A stretch of 63,349 nt of DNA, filler included, from Anaerolineae bacterium (lineage in GTDB: Bacteria; Chloroflexota; Anaerolineae; Epilineales; Epilineaceae), in the NCBI GenBank assembly GCA_029262755.1. It is 5 parts of 5 records of this genome, joined end to end, with 100 filler letters (N's around TTAATTAATTAA, not from the genome) between each part and the next. Parts side by side here need not be neighbours in the genome. Positions count along the whole stretch, not along the records: positions 19,923 to 27,924 come from JAJCYU010000102.1; positions 28,025 to 57,855 come from JAJCYU010000103.1; 3 more parts are not named here. One strand, given 5' to 3'. Both the position numbers and the translations under genes were made by a program. The number at the start of each line of letters is the position of its first letter. Within the stretch, counting starts at the first letter, position 1. This document shows positions 19,924 through 30,249 of the stretch, one piece after another. Below the pieces are notes generated by a model that was not told the origin of the DNA, searched no databases, and saw only the letters and a list, made by a program, of their open reading frames with translations.

Positions 19924-21501
19924 CCGACCGCGACGCGTACGGCCACGCGAACGTCGACGCCGACACGCACCCCGACGCCGCTGCCGACGGCGACGACCGC
20001 AGCCACGCGCACCGCAACAGCGACGGGAACGCTGCCCGCAACGGCGACGCCGTCCGCGACGGGCACCGCCACGCGGACGTCGACCGCGACGCGCACCGCG
20101 ACACCGCTGCCGACCGCCACGCGCACAGCAACACCGACGGGAACGCTGCCCGCAACAGCGACGCCGTCCGCGACGGGCGCCGCCACGCGGACGGCGACCG
20201 CGACACGCACTGCGACACCGCTGCCGACGGCGACGACCGCAGCAACACCGACGGGAACGCTTCTCGCACCGGCGACGACAACACACACGGCGACGCCGCT
20301 GCCGACCGTGCCGTCCGGATCGACGTCCACGACAACGCCGACCGCGACGCCCACGTCCACGCGAACATCCTCGCCGTCGCATACGGTGACACCGACCGAG
20401 CCTTCAACGCCCAGTGCAACGCGCACCGCCGCGGGAACGGCCACGTCCGGCCCAACGCCCACCGCGGGTTCCTCGACCCTGACGCCGACACCGCCCGTAC
20501 CGACCGCGACCGCGGCGGCATCCCCGACCCCGACGACCAGCGGGGCCCCATCGCCCACGGCGGGCCCAAGCGCAACAAGCCAGACGGCATCGACCGCGGT
20601 GGCAAGCCCGACGCCCTTCGCTACCGCGCTGCCGACCGGGACCGGTTCAGCCTCTCCGTCCACGACCCCGACGACGCTCTCATCCTCGACGTCGACCCGG
20701 ACCGCGACCCCCAACATCGGCGTAGCGACTGCGACACCCGATGGCAGCGCGACCGTCGCGCCGACCGCGGACGGTGGCACCGAAGCGCCCGGTCACACGG
20801 CGACGCCGGGCTCGACGCATGCGCCGGAAGCAACGGGTACGCCCATCGCCACGGACGATCCGGCCGCGACAGGCACGCCGCCGGGAACCGGCACGGCCCC
20901 GCCCGAGGGAACGCAGACGCCTTCGCCACAGGCATCCACGACCGGTACGCCGCCGACGGCGACGCGCACCACGGTTTCCGCCACGGTTTCCGCCACCGCG
21001 CCCGTTACCCCTAGCGCGACGATCACGGGCACGTTGGAGGCTCGCGGCACGGAGGAAGCGCCCGGTACCGCCACCGTGACGTCCGATGGGACGCCTACAG
21101 GCACGGCGCCTACAGGCACGGCGCCGACTGTCACGCCCGACCCGCAGGTCACGCCGACGGCGGTGGATCGCCCGCCGTCCCCGTCCCCGTCCCCGTCCGT
21201 GCCCACTTCGCCGACACCTTCGATCAGCCCGACGCCCGTTCCAATACCCGCAGAAACCGCGACGCCGCTCGCCGCTCGCAGCCCGACGGCCACCGCGACG
21301 GCCACCGCGATGGCCACTGCGACGGCCACTGTGACGGCCGGGACTCCCGCGCCTACTCCGACCTCGTCGCCTTCCGCTACGCGTGGCCCTTCGCGCGGCG
21401 GCCCGTTGTATCTGCCTTGGTTGCTCCCCTACGAAGGCGATCCGCTCGATCCGGGCGGACTACCGCCCGCACCACGGAAACGCCTCGTGCCGATCCGCTG
21501 A
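19924..21501 (+). CDS. C-terminal Thr/Pro/Ala-rich stalk of a surface protein (5' truncated), ending in PLYLPWLL motif
   Basis: Open frame from contig start to TGA 21501; T/P/A low complexity; ACC/ACG/CCG/GCG codon usage supports the plus strand. Confidence 0.75.
   Translation, partial: PTATRTATRTSTPTRTPTPLPTATTAATRTATATGTLPATATPSATGTATRTSTATRTATPLPTATRTATPTGTLPATATPSATGAATRTATATRTATPLPTATTAATPTGTLLAPATTTHTATPLPTVPSGSTSTTTPTATPTSTRTSSPSHTVTPTEPSTPSATRTAAGTATSGPTPTAGSSTLTPTPPVPTATAAASPTPTTSGAPSPTAGPSATSQTASTAVASPTPFATALPTGTGSASPSTTPTTLSSSTSTRTATPNIGVATATPDGSATVAPTADGGTEAPGHTATPGSTHAPEATGTPIATDDPAATGTPPGTGTAPPEGTQTPSPQASTTGTPPTATRTTVSATVSATAPVTPSATITGTLEARGTEEAPGTATVTSDGTPTGTAPTGTAPTVTPDPQVTPTAVDRPPSPSPSPSVPTSPTPSISPTPVPIPAETATPLAARSPTATATATAMATATATVTAGTPAPTPTSSPSATRGPSRGGPLYLPWLLPYEGDPLDPGGLPPAPRKRLVPIR
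20023..20259 (+). repeat. 114-bp (38-aa) intragenic tandem repeat
   Basis: ACGGGAACGC recurs at 20023, 20137 and 20251; units encode [31 protein letters not shown]. Confidence 0.8.
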
Positions 21502-21678
21502 CAGCGCTACGGGCAATGCAAGATGGCAGCGAGATGATCGACGCGCGATCGGCCGATGCGAAGGTGTTGGAACGCACCGCGAAACGCAGATCGAGAGCGC
21601 CGCGAACCGGGTCCACGGCAGATCGGGGGCGCCGCGGATCGGCGCCACGGCTGGCCAAGTGCTAGCCACCCCCACACG

Positions 21679-23466
21679 CTACGGCCAACTCTGGGACCAG
21701 TCGTGGCGGCCGCCGGGGCAGGGCACTTCGACGGCCAGCTGTCGGTAGATCGCGCGCAGCGCGGCCGCGTCGTCCGCGGCGCGGTAGCGAGCGGCATCGC
21801 CGGCCACGGAACGCAGCAGGCCAGGATTCACGTCGGCGCCGAGGCCCACGCTGAAGATCGTCGTACCGCGTGCGTCCGCGGCGCGCGCGGCATCGAGCAC
21901 CTCGTCGTCGCCCGTGGAAGGGCGGCCATCCGTCAGCAACACGATGGCGCGCGTTCGGCCGGCTTGCGGCGGCTCGCTGTTGAACAGATCGCGCGCCGCC
22001 AGGAGGCCGAGGTCGATGCGTGTGCCCTCGCCGTCCGGGAGCGCGTCGAGCGCGCCCCGCACCGCGGCGGCATCGTTGCTGAAGGCGATGAGCGGATGCA
22101 CGGACGCGTCGAAGCCGATAACGGCCACACGGTCCTGGGTCGTGCCACCGGCGCCGGCGGCGCCGGCCAGGCGCATCTGCTCCACGAAGGCGTGGGCGGC
22201 CCGTATGGCCGCCTCGCGCTTGCTCACGTCGCCACCCACCGCGGGCAAGCGCATGCTGGAAGAGACATCGAGCAGGAGCACGACGTCGACGCTGCGCAGC
22301 TTCGGATCGCAGCGCTCGCGCAGCATGACGGGCAGAAACGCGAAGTGGCTGACCATCACCTCGGGCACGGGGAACATGGCGCTGCCGGGGCGCTCAAAGA
22401 TATCGTGGAAGGTGGCTTCGGCCTCGACGTTGGTCGGCCAAATGCCGATTTCCGTGGGCCGGAGCCAGTAGGCGATCTCGATGCCGGCCTCCGGGACGGA
22501 GTCGAGCTCCCAGATGACCTCGTTGCCGCGGATATCATCGGGTGCCGGCTCGGCCGTGTTGACCAGGAAGCGCATGTTGTCGGGGATGACGTCGCGCACC
22601 ACGATCTCGGTCACGGTCGGCCTGCGCAGCCGCTCCGCGATCTTCTCGTAGATATCGACCAGGTCGGCCGCGGTCGGTGAGTCGAAGTACAGCGAAGGGC
22701 TCGAAGACGCGAGGCTCATGGTCAGGCGATCGCAGTCGTCGCCAAGGCAGACCGTTGCCAAGATCGCGCCGCCTGCACGCAACCGCGTGGCGGCGGCACT
22801 GGCAAGCCGGCGCGGGTCGTCGCCCGGATCGCCGCCGCCCGCCGTGTGACGGCCGTCGGAGAGCAGGATCACGACCTCGATGGGCGCGCTTCCCGCGGGC
22901 CAATGACTGTCGTTGCGCCCCGCGACCAGGACGCGCCCGGCATCGTCGAGCGCGCTGACGATATTCGTGCTGCCCTGGCTGACGATGCCGTCTACGGCCG
23001 TGCGCAAGCCCGCGCCATCCGCGCTGAGCTGGCTGACCACCAACGACGTCGTGTGAAAGGTGACGATGCCGACGCGGGTGATCGTGAAGTCCGTTTGATC
23101 GAGGAAGGTGCTCGCCGCGCGCTTTGCGAGGGTCAGCTTGCTGTCTGCGGCCATCGAGCCGGAATTGTCGATGACCAACACCACCTCCAAAGGCTCCGCC
23201 CGTTCCGGACATTCGGGCCGCGCGGTGAGCGTCACGCGCGTCCGTTCGCCGAGGGGCAGGCGCTTGGGGGAAGCGACCTTGTCGGTGTGCAACACACACG
23301 GACTTGGCTCGCGCGTGGGGCCCTGCGCCCGCACGTCCTCGACGAGCGTACCTTGGCCGAACGTAGCGGCTATCCCGTACACGAGACCGAGTACCACGAC
23401 CGATCGCACGAGGCGAAAGGACAGCCGCCGCGCCTCGAGGAGGCCGCTGAGATTCAAGCCCGTCAT
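21679..23466 (-). CDS. Secreted protein with two vWA domains
   Basis: MIDAS motifs IDNSGSM and LDVSSSM; LSDG and LTDG; internal FAFLPVM; ATGA overlap with upstream gene. Confidence 0.9.
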   Translation of the reverse strand: MTGLNLSGLLEARRLSFRLVRSVVVLGLVYGIAATFGQGTLVEDVRAQGPTREPSPCVLHTDKVASPKRLPLGERTRVTLTARPECPERAEPLEVVLVIDNSGSMAADSKLTLAKRAASTFLDQTDFTITRVGIVTFHTTSLVVSQLSADGAGLRTAVDGIVSQGSTNIVSALDDAGRVLVAGRNDSHWPAGSAPIEVVILLSDGRHTAGGGDPGDDPRRLASAAATRLRAGGAILATVCLGDDCDRLTMSLASSSPSLYFDSPTAADLVDIYEKIAERLRRPTVTEIVVRDVIPDNMRFLVNTAEPAPDDIRGNEVIWELDSVPEAGIEIAYWLRPTEIGIWPTNVEAEATFHDIFERPGSAMFPVPEVMVSHFAFLPVMLRERCDPKLRSVDVVLLLDVSSSMRLPAVGGDVSKREAAIRAAHAFVEQMRLAGAAGAGGTTQDRVAVIGFDASVHPLIAFSNDAAAVRGALDALPDGEGTRIDLGLLAARDLFNSEPPQAGRTRAIVLLTDGRPSTGDDEVLDAARAADARGTTIFSVGLGADVNPGLLRSVAGDAARYRAADDAAALRAIYRQLAVEVPCPGGRHDWSQSWP

Positions 23467-25556
23467 CGGCTACGCGCCAACGGCAGGAAGACCCGACCCA
23501 GGACGTCGATCGTAGGTGGAGCATCGGGATAGGCCGCGTCGCGCAGCACCCAACCATCGACGCTGCCGGCGGTCTCGCCGGGCAGCAAGACGAGGGTGTA
23601 CACGGATCCGGCCTTCAGCCACACGTCCTCGATGCGGCCGACCTCCGCGCTGCCGTCCACATCGCGTGCGACGATATCGGTGAAGCCTGCCGGCAACGAA
23701 ACGCGCGGCGAGGCCAGGCCAAAGCCGAGACGAGCGCTCAGCGTCGCGCCGCCGGAACCGGCGATCGCGAGCTTGGTTGCATCGGGTGCGGCGTGCACAA
23801 AGCGGATCGTGGCCTGCCCGTGCGCGGGACGGTCGAGCGCGTCGTCCAACCGCACGATCGCCTCGTCGTTGCGCCCGCCCAGGAAGAGCAGGCTCGTGGC
23901 CTTGTTGGCCTCAAGGATGATCGTGGTTTCCGCCAAACGCCGATCCGGCTGATCGACGGGCACGACCGCGAAGGTGTAGTCCTCGGCCGTATAGGATTGG
24001 TAATCGGTCGCGCGACGATAGGCCAGGTCGCGGACGGCCTCGAGTTGGCCCACGAGCAGGCTGACCGCGGGGGCGTCCGGCGCCGCATGCAGCAAGCGCA
24101 CCTTCGTCTCGCCACCGGGACGGCCGGGCGCACCGATGCGCGCATAGTCTTCGATTACCACGATCTGCCGATTCCCGGCCTCCGCGGTGCCGATCAAGTA
24201 GGCCGTGTTCCAGCTGTAGCCGGCCAGCTCCACGCCGGCACGACGCGCGATGGGGTTGCCTTGGGCGGGTTCGTTGAAGGCCAAGGTGTAGCTTGCGGCG
24301 GGGATCACGATGTACGGTTCCGCGCTGCCTCGCGCGAGCCCCATGGCAATCGGGACATCGGAGTTGCCGGACGCTTCCATGTTCATAGCGCCGAGGTCCG
24401 GCGCGAGGTGCACGGCGCGCAGGTGCGCGCGCGATGCGGATGCGCCCGTCGTGTCCTCCCACTCCAGGACGAGCACCTCGGGTGCATCGATGGTGCCGTG
24501 GATCGCGACCGTCGTGGGGCCGCCGATCGGCAGCGTGATCATCTGTTGCAGCAACGGCGCGCCGCCGCCTTCCGGGCTCACGGTCAACTGCACCTCGCCC
24601 GAGTCGACGCTCAGTTCCTCCGACGTCGATCCGAAGTTCATTTCCCAGGCAACGAGACGGTTGTCGAGCCGTACTTGGAGCGCTTCCGCTCCGACCAATG
24701 CGTGGAAGAAGCGTGCGTCGGCCGGAGCCGGTCGCGGCGTTGCTGTCGGGCGAAGGTCCGCTGTCGGTCGGGCGCCGCCGCCGCCACCACCGCCGCCACC
24801 ACCGCCGCCCCCGCCCCCGCTCGCCCGCGCAATATCGTAGTCGAGGATGACATCCAGCGATTGCGAGGATAGGAAGCCGACCACGAAGATCGTCAGCCCG
24901 TAGTTGGCGCGTACGTCGAGCCGGGGCAGGTCGAGGCGCACGGTCTGGTCGTCGCCGCCCGCGTCGCGCAGATCGACGCTCGTCTCGCCTTCGCGTTGGT
25001 CGATGTAGGAGGCGACGCCCTCGTACGCGATGTCGGTGTGCCAGCGATCCTCGTTGTCCTCGACCAGATCGATGGGGCCGAGATCGGGCGCAAGGTGCGC
25101 CACCCGCACCGCGCCTTGACGGTTGCCACGGCCGGCATCGAAGGGCAGGGATCCGTTGGGAATCTCGCGCAGTCCAAGATCGGTATTCGCGCCCGAGAAG
25201 GCCAGCGTCAGCACCGTGCCCGGTTCGTAGGTCACGTCCAACGTGGCCAGAATGGGTGAACGCAGCCCGGCCGGCCGGACCTCGATGCGATGGGAACGTC
25301 CGCCCTGACCCACGGGCGGCACCCGGTATTGTGTGATCTCCTTGTACAGGATGTCGGGGAACAGCGGCTCGCCGTCGACGGTCACGTCGATACCGGGCAC
25401 GTCGATCACCGCATGCACGATGCGGATCCCTTCCCGGTTCGGGAACCGTTGCGCCTCGGCCGGCTCGGGCGCGAGCGGCGCCAGCGACCACGCGGCCGCG
25501 ATCATCGCCGCGAGGGCGAGGGCTCTGCGGCTCGGGGTGAATGGCAGGATTCGCAT
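23463..25556 (-). CDS. Secreted protein with tandem DUF4397-type repeats
   Basis: GGAGG RBS, signal peptide; six (V/I)R..H..PD.P.VD-like repeat starts; poly-Gly linker; C-terminal RVFLPLAR. Confidence 0.85.
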   Translation of the reverse strand: MRILPFTPSRRALALAAMIAAAWSLAPLAPEPAEAQRFPNREGIRIVHAVIDVPGIDVTVDGEPLFPDILYKEITQYRVPPVGQGGRSHRIEVRPAGLRSPILATLDVTYEPGTVLTLAFSGANTDLGLREIPNGSLPFDAGRGNRQGAVRVAHLAPDLGPIDLVEDNEDRWHTDIAYEGVASYIDQREGETSVDLRDAGGDDQTVRLDLPRLDVRANYGLTIFVVGFLSSQSLDVILDYDIARASGGGGGGGGGGGGGGGARPTADLRPTATPRPAPADARFFHALVGAEALQVRLDNRLVAWEMNFGSTSEELSVDSGEVQLTVSPEGGGAPLLQQMITLPIGGPTTVAIHGTIDAPEVLVLEWEDTTGASASRAHLRAVHLAPDLGAMNMEASGNSDVPIAMGLARGSAEPYIVIPAASYTLAFNEPAQGNPIARRAGVELAGYSWNTAYLIGTAEAGNRQIVVIEDYARIGAPGRPGGETKVRLLHAAPDAPAVSLLVGQLEAVRDLAYRRATDYQSYTAEDYTFAVVPVDQPDRRLAETTIILEANKATSLLFLGGRNDEAIVRLDDALDRPAHGQATIRFVHAAPDATKLAIAGSGGATLSARLGFGLASPRVSLPAGFTDIVARDVDGSAEVGRIEDVWLKAGSVYTLVLLPGETAGSVDGWVLRDAAYPDAPPTIDVLGRVFLPLARSR

Positions 25557-25685
25557 CGGGGTCCTCCGGGGGGTGAGGGGGCCTGCCCTGCGGGGCTCGT
25601 TCATCAAGATCCTAACCAAATCGGGTGCCGCTGTATCCACGCCGGCGCCCTTTGTTGCTCATCGTACTGTTGGACGAGCCGCGCC

Positions 25686-27047
25686 TCAGGGCGTCTTGGC
25701 CGGGCCGATCAAACATCCGGCGCGCCAGATCACGGTGTTGTACGAGGGGTGATAGCGCTTGGTGCGATGCCAAAGGTCCAAGCACGTGCGCCGCGGGTTC
25801 GGCGGCTCGTCGTGCTGCGGATCCGGGTGAGGCGGCGAGCCCGGCTTGCTCTCGTCCAGAAGGCGGTTCCAGCCCCAGACGCGGGCGGGGTCGGCGAGTG
25901 CGCGTGCGATGATGGCCTGCGGCACCTCGCGCTGCGTCACCGCGCAGATGCAGCCGTCTCCGTTGGGCGGATCGATCACGCGCACCCGCGGCACGGGGAA
26001 GCGCAACGTGCCCGCAAAGCCGAGACCGTCCGTGTAGCGCGCGCTCGCCTGCACGTTGGTCGGCCACGTGCCCACCTCCTGCGGCAGCAGGCGATACTGC
26101 ACAAAGTCGCCGGCGTTGGGGATGTCGTCCAGACCCCAGATGAGCGTGCGACGCGTCGCGTCGTAGAAGGCGGGCGGCTCGGCCGACCCGTTGACGTATT
26201 GCATGTTGGCCGGGATCTCGTCCTCAATGGTGATCTCGGAGAACAGCACCGCGGCCTTGATGCGCCCGGCTATCTGGCTGTACACCTGGTTCAGCCGCGC
26301 GGAGTCCGGCGTATCCATGTAATGCGACGGCTTACCTGCGATGCGTCGAAGGACCCAAGACTCGGCGCCATCCAACCCGATGGTGTAGGTCTCGATCCCG
26401 TCGGCGCGTACCTGGTTGATCACGCCGTCGATGTCGCTGAAGGGCGGGTTGCGAACGGTGTGTCCACCATCGGTCAGGAAGATGAGCACCGGCGTGGCGT
26501 CCGGCCTATGGTCAGGACCGACCGCCATGCGTCGGCCCGCTTCGAGCGCGTCCACGATGTTGGTGTAGAGATCGAGTTGGATCTGGGAGATCTCCCGCTT
26601 TACCGCCGAGTAGTCATTGGTCAGCGTGTGCACGATGTGCGGGAATTGATTGAAGTGGATCGCCCCGACGTTGACCAACGTGGGGTCCATCAAGTCGACG
26701 AAGAGCTCGGCCGCGTCCTTGGCGCGCTCGAGGCGCGACGGGCTACCGGGACCACCGTCGCGATCGCGCATGGACAAGGAAGAGTCCAACACGAGCACGA
26801 CGTCGGCCTTGCGCTCCTGCTCGGGGCAATGGCCCGACACCGACAGCGTGACCGTGACCTGCTCGCCCAAGGGAATGGTGGCCGGCGCGGCTACCTTGTC
26901 CTGCGCCGTGACGCATGGATCGGCCGCAGGCTGAGCGCGGGCGCTCGAGCTCAACGCGGCGATCCCAAGCAGGAGGACCGTGCCGATTCCGGAAGCGACG
27001 AGGACGGCGATGCGCGTGGGGCGAAGCATACGGGAGGTCGAGGGCAT
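25686..27047 (-). CDS. Secreted vWA-domain protein with unnamed Cys-bounded C-terminal domain
   Basis: AGGAG RBS, signal peptide, LDSSLSM MIDAS, LTDG, WPTN...FPVP. Confidence 0.88.
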   Translation of the reverse strand: MPSTSRMLRPTRIAVLVASGIGTVLLLGIAALSSSARAQPAADPCVTAQDKVAAPATIPLGEQVTVTLSVSGHCPEQERKADVVLVLDSSLSMRDRDGGPGSPSRLERAKDAAELFVDLMDPTLVNVGAIHFNQFPHIVHTLTNDYSAVKREISQIQLDLYTNIVDALEAGRRMAVGPDHRPDATPVLIFLTDGGHTVRNPPFSDIDGVINQVRADGIETYTIGLDGAESWVLRRIAGKPSHYMDTPDSARLNQVYSQIAGRIKAAVLFSEITIEDEIPANMQYVNGSAEPPAFYDATRRTLIWGLDDIPNAGDFVQYRLLPQEVGTWPTNVQASARYTDGLGFAGTLRFPVPRVRVIDPPNGDGCICAVTQREVPQAIIARALADPARVWGWNRLLDESKPGSPPHPDPQHDEPPNPRRTCLDLWHRTKRYHPSYNTVIWRAGCLIGPAKTP

Positions 27048-27217
27048 CGGAGGCTCCTGTGGGTAGACCGACGCGCGCGGTGACGCGAGCTCGTGCGTGC
27101 CGGTGCCCTATCTAACCCCGCAGCGGCCGCGGAGTTTGCGGGGAATCTTGGTTGCGCTGTGACGCACCCCCGACGATCGGCACGTAGTCCGCGTTCGCGC
27201 CGGCGTGCGAAGCGCGC

Positions 27218-27924
27218 CTAGGGGTAGCCCGGAGGCGGTGTTCCGCCATCCTCCGACCACAATCGGTAGTGTGCCGGATTGCGCGTTACGTTCGTGACGC
27301 CGCTGACGATCAGCGTTACGGTGGCGTCGCCCGGCACGTTCTCGATGGTGATCGACGCCGAGCCGTCGGCGCCTACCTCATAACGCTCGAAGCGAGTCGC
27401 ATCGGACGTACGGATCACGGCCTGGATGGACCACCGCTGCGGCAAGGACGGGTCGAGCGGCATCCATCCCTCGCTGTGCCAAGAGTCAACCGGACCCTCG
27501 GGCGGATTGTCGAGGTCCTGCTTGTAGCCGATCTCGTCGATGCGCAGCTCGTCAATGGCCCATCCGGCGAGGCTCACCGCATCGTCGGTCACGAGCTCGA
27601 AGCGCAACAGCACGCCGCCGCCTGCATAGCGCGTTAGATCGACCTCTTCGTCGACCCATCCCGCGCTTTCCCCCGTGAACGCGGGACCGAAGCTGTTGCC
27701 GTTGGGGTTGAGGTGCGCCGAACGATTCGAGCTCACCAGGTCCCAGGTTGCACCATCGTCTTCGGACGCCAACAGATATCCATAATCCCACGATTCCTCG
27801 ATCGACCACCAACTGCGGTAGCGCAGGGTCGCGTTCTCGACGCCAGAAAGATCGAAGCGGCGTGTCAGGCGGCTATCCATGTCATCGCCACGGTTGGACC
27901 ACCATACCCGGCCATGTGCGTCGG
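27218..27924 (-). CDS. C-terminal part of immune-inhibitor-A (M6 peptidase)-like protein, 5' truncated
   Basis: WWSNRGDDMDSRLTR, WSIEESWDYGY, VDLTRYAG..VLLRFE.VTDDAV...GWAID. Catalytic region is not in the window. Confidence 0.7.
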
Positions 27925-28024
27925 NNNNNNNNNNNNNNNNNNNNNNNNNNNNNNNNNNNNNNNNNNNNTTAATTAATTAANNNNNNNNNNNNNNNNNNNN
28001 NNNNNNNNNNNNNNNNNNNNNNNN
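27925..28024. other. Artificial contig spacer
   Basis: N-run/TTAATTAATTAA/N-run. Confidence 0.98.
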
Positions 28025-28176
28025 GCGTCGGCTATCTGGAAGACGGAACCATGGTGGTCGTAGAGCATGGGCGCGAGCATCTCGACGAGACGTTGCCTGT
28101 AACGGTGACGCGTGTCCTGCAGACCGTCGCCGGTCGTATGATCTTCGCCCAATTGGCCGAAGAGCGCCGAACCTGA
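28025..28176 (+). CDS. yacL: 3' end of YacL-like PIN/TRAM-domain protein (not in ORF track)
   Basis: Frame from 28027 reads [53 protein letters not shown], the typical YacL TRAM C-terminus. Confidence 0.85.
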
Positions 28177-28201
28177 ACTGCGAGCACGGAGTACGCCTAG
28201 C

Positions 28202-28594
28202 ATGAGCCAACTCACCCGGACGATCGTCCATACCGAGCATGCGCCGGCTGCGGTCGGACCCTACTCGCAAGCCGTGCGCGTAGGCGACCTCGTGTATACG
28301 GCGGGCCAGATCGGTCTTCATCCCGCTTCAGGCAGAATGGTCGAAGGCGGCGTCGAGGCGGAAGCGCGCCAGGTGCTTGCCAACCTGGAAGCGGTCCTGG
28401 TTGCCGCCGGCTCATCCACCGGCGGGGTGGTCAAGACGACGATTTTCTTGACCGACATGGCCGACTTCGGCACCGTCAATGCTATATACGGTGAACAGTT
28501 CCATACGGATCCACCGGCCCGCTCCACCGTCGCGGTCGCGGCGTTGCCACTCGGAGCACGGGTCGAGATCGAGGCCGTCGCAACGGCCCAATAG
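28202..28594 (+). CDS. ridA: RidA family reactive imine deaminase
   Basis: APAAVGPYSQA, VVKTTIFL, PARSTV, LPLGARVEIEAVA. Confidence 0.93.
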   Translation: MSQLTRTIVHTEHAPAAVGPYSQAVRVGDLVYTAGQIGLHPASGRMVEGGVEAEARQVLANLEAVLVAAGSSTGGVVKTTIFLTDMADFGTVNAIYGEQFHTDPPARSTVAVAALPLGARVEIEAVATAQ

Positions 28595-28628
28595 GGCGTT
28601 CATGGCGCAATCCCGCGCCGCCGAACGC

Positions 28629-28656
28629 TTGCTCCAACCGCCCGCTCCACTAGAAT
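28629..28656 (+). promoter_or_regulatory. sigma70-type promoter for rpsA-clpC
   Basis: TTGCTC-16 nt-TAGAAT. Confidence 0.55.
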
Positions 28657-28693
28657 CTGGGGCCTAACTCACGTAACGAGGTCTGTACCCATC

Positions 28694-30154
28694 ATGTCAG
28701 AAGCCTTTGTCATCCACGATGCCCTTGACACCCACCCCATGCTGCAGCTGCTGGACGAAATCGACGAACGCATTCACACGCGTGGCGACGTCGTCCACGG
28801 CACGATCGTCATGGTCGCCTCCAATGAGGTCCTGATCGACGTTGGCGGCAAGTCGGAGGGCATCCTGTCCCCGCGCGAGCTCGGCCGTATGACCAAAGAG
28901 GACATCATGGCCCTCACGATCGGGGACGAGGTGGAAGTCCTCATCGTCAACCCCAACGATCGCGACGGCAACATGATCGTCTCCATGTCCCAGGCCCGCA
29001 TCGGCCAGGATTGGGACGACGCGGAGAAGCTCTTCGCCGACGGCACGCTGTTTGAGGCCGAAGTGTCCGGTCACAACCGTGGCGGTCTGATTGTCTACAT
29101 GGGCGGCGTGCGCGGCTTCGTGCCCGCGTCGCAGATCGACCGGCGCCGCGCGTTCAAGCGTGATCTGATCGACGGCTCCTCGAGCAGCCCGCTAGCAACG
29201 CTGGTTGGCGAGGAGCTCACGTTCAAGATCATCGAGCTCGATCGGCGCGGCAATCGCCTGATCCTCTCCGAGCTGGCCGCCATGCGTGAGCGCCGCAAGG
29301 CCTCGAAGTCGCAGCTCCTCGACGAGTTGAGCGAGGGCCAGATCAAGGAAGGCATCGTTACCAGCCTGGCGGACTTCGGCGCCTTCGTCGACATCGGCGG
29401 CGCAGACGGCCTGGTTCACCTCTCCGAGTTGACCTGGGGTCGCGTGAGCCATCCGAACGAAGTTCTCGAGCTCGGGCAAACGGTCAAGGTGAAGGTCATC
29501 TCCGTGGACCGGGAGCGCAAGCGGATCGGTCTGAGCCTCAAGGCCCAGGCGCCTGAGCCGTGGAGCACGGTCGAAGAGCGCTATGTGGTCGGCGAAGTCG
29601 TCGAGGCGGAAATCACCCGTCTGGCCGATTTTGGCGCCTTTGCGCGCTTGGACGAGGAGATCGAGGGCTTGATCCACGTTTCCGAGCTTTCCGACGTAAG
29701 CCAGACCCCGGAAGAGATCGTCTCACCAGGACAGCAGGTCACGGTTCGCATCATCCGCATCGACCCGGAGCGCAAGCGTATCGGCTTGAGCCTCAAGCGG
29801 GCGGACGGTGCTTACGATGCGCTCGGCGAGATGGATTACGCCGATGACGATTCCATCGATGGACCGTCCGACGACGCGCCCACCGAAGAAGCGCCCGCCG
29901 CGGAAGCGGTTGCCGACGACGGTGACACGATTGACACGGTCGAAGAAACCGTGGAAGAGGCGGCGGTAGAAGAGGCGACGGAGCCGGAGACGGTCGTAGA
30001 AGCGGTTGAGGAAAGCGTCGACGCCGAGGATGACGCCGAAGCCGAAGCGGATGTCGAAGTCGAAGTTGAGGCGGAAGCGTCTACAGAAGACGATGGAGAG
30101 TCCGTCGCGGTCGAGGCATCCGAGGAAGAGATGCCCGAACCGGAAACGGTCTAG
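28694..30154 (+). CDS. rpsA: 30S ribosomal protein S1 (four S1 domains) with long acidic tail
   Basis: IDVGGKSEG, RGFVPASQ, DFGAFVDIGGADGLVHLSEL, RKRIGLSLK; long E/D-rich C-terminus. Confidence 0.9.
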   Translation: MSEAFVIHDALDTHPMLQLLDEIDERIHTRGDVVHGTIVMVASNEVLIDVGGKSEGILSPRELGRMTKEDIMALTIGDEVEVLIVNPNDRDGNMIVSMSQARIGQDWDDAEKLFADGTLFEAEVSGHNRGGLIVYMGGVRGFVPASQIDRRRAFKRDLIDGSSSSPLATLVGEELTFKIIELDRRGNRLILSELAAMRERRKASKSQLLDELSEGQIKEGIVTSLADFGAFVDIGGADGLVHLSELTWGRVSHPNEVLELGQTVKVKVISVDRERKRIGLSLKAQAPEPWSTVEERYVVGEVVEAEITRLADFGAFARLDEEIEGLIHVSELSDVSQTPEEIVSPGQQVTVRIIRIDPERKRIGLSLKRADGAYDALGEMDYADDDSIDGPSDDAPTEEAPAAEAVADDGDTIDTVEETVEEAAVEEATEPETVVEAVEESVDAEDDAEAEADVEVEVEAEASTEDDGESVAVEASEEEMPEPETV

Positions 30155-30202
30155 CCTTCCTACAGCATTCACCACGGGGATCGCATCCAGATCCACGTTA
30201 GA

Positions 30203-30230
30203 GGGCTCGGCGCCCGCGGGCGCCGAGCCC
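30203..30230. other. Perfect 28-bp palindrome between rpsA and clpC
   Basis: GGGCTCGGCGCCCGCGGGCGCCGAGCCC equals its own reverse complement; 10 nt upstream of the GAGGT RBS of clpC. Confidence 0.75.
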
Positions 30231-30249
30231 CGGCCGAAACGAGGTCGAG

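Noticed and set aside
17308..21501. Joining the DUF11 gene to the T/P stalk across the spacer as one giant gene
   Set aside because: Plausible architecture, but contig order across an artificial spacer is uninformative.
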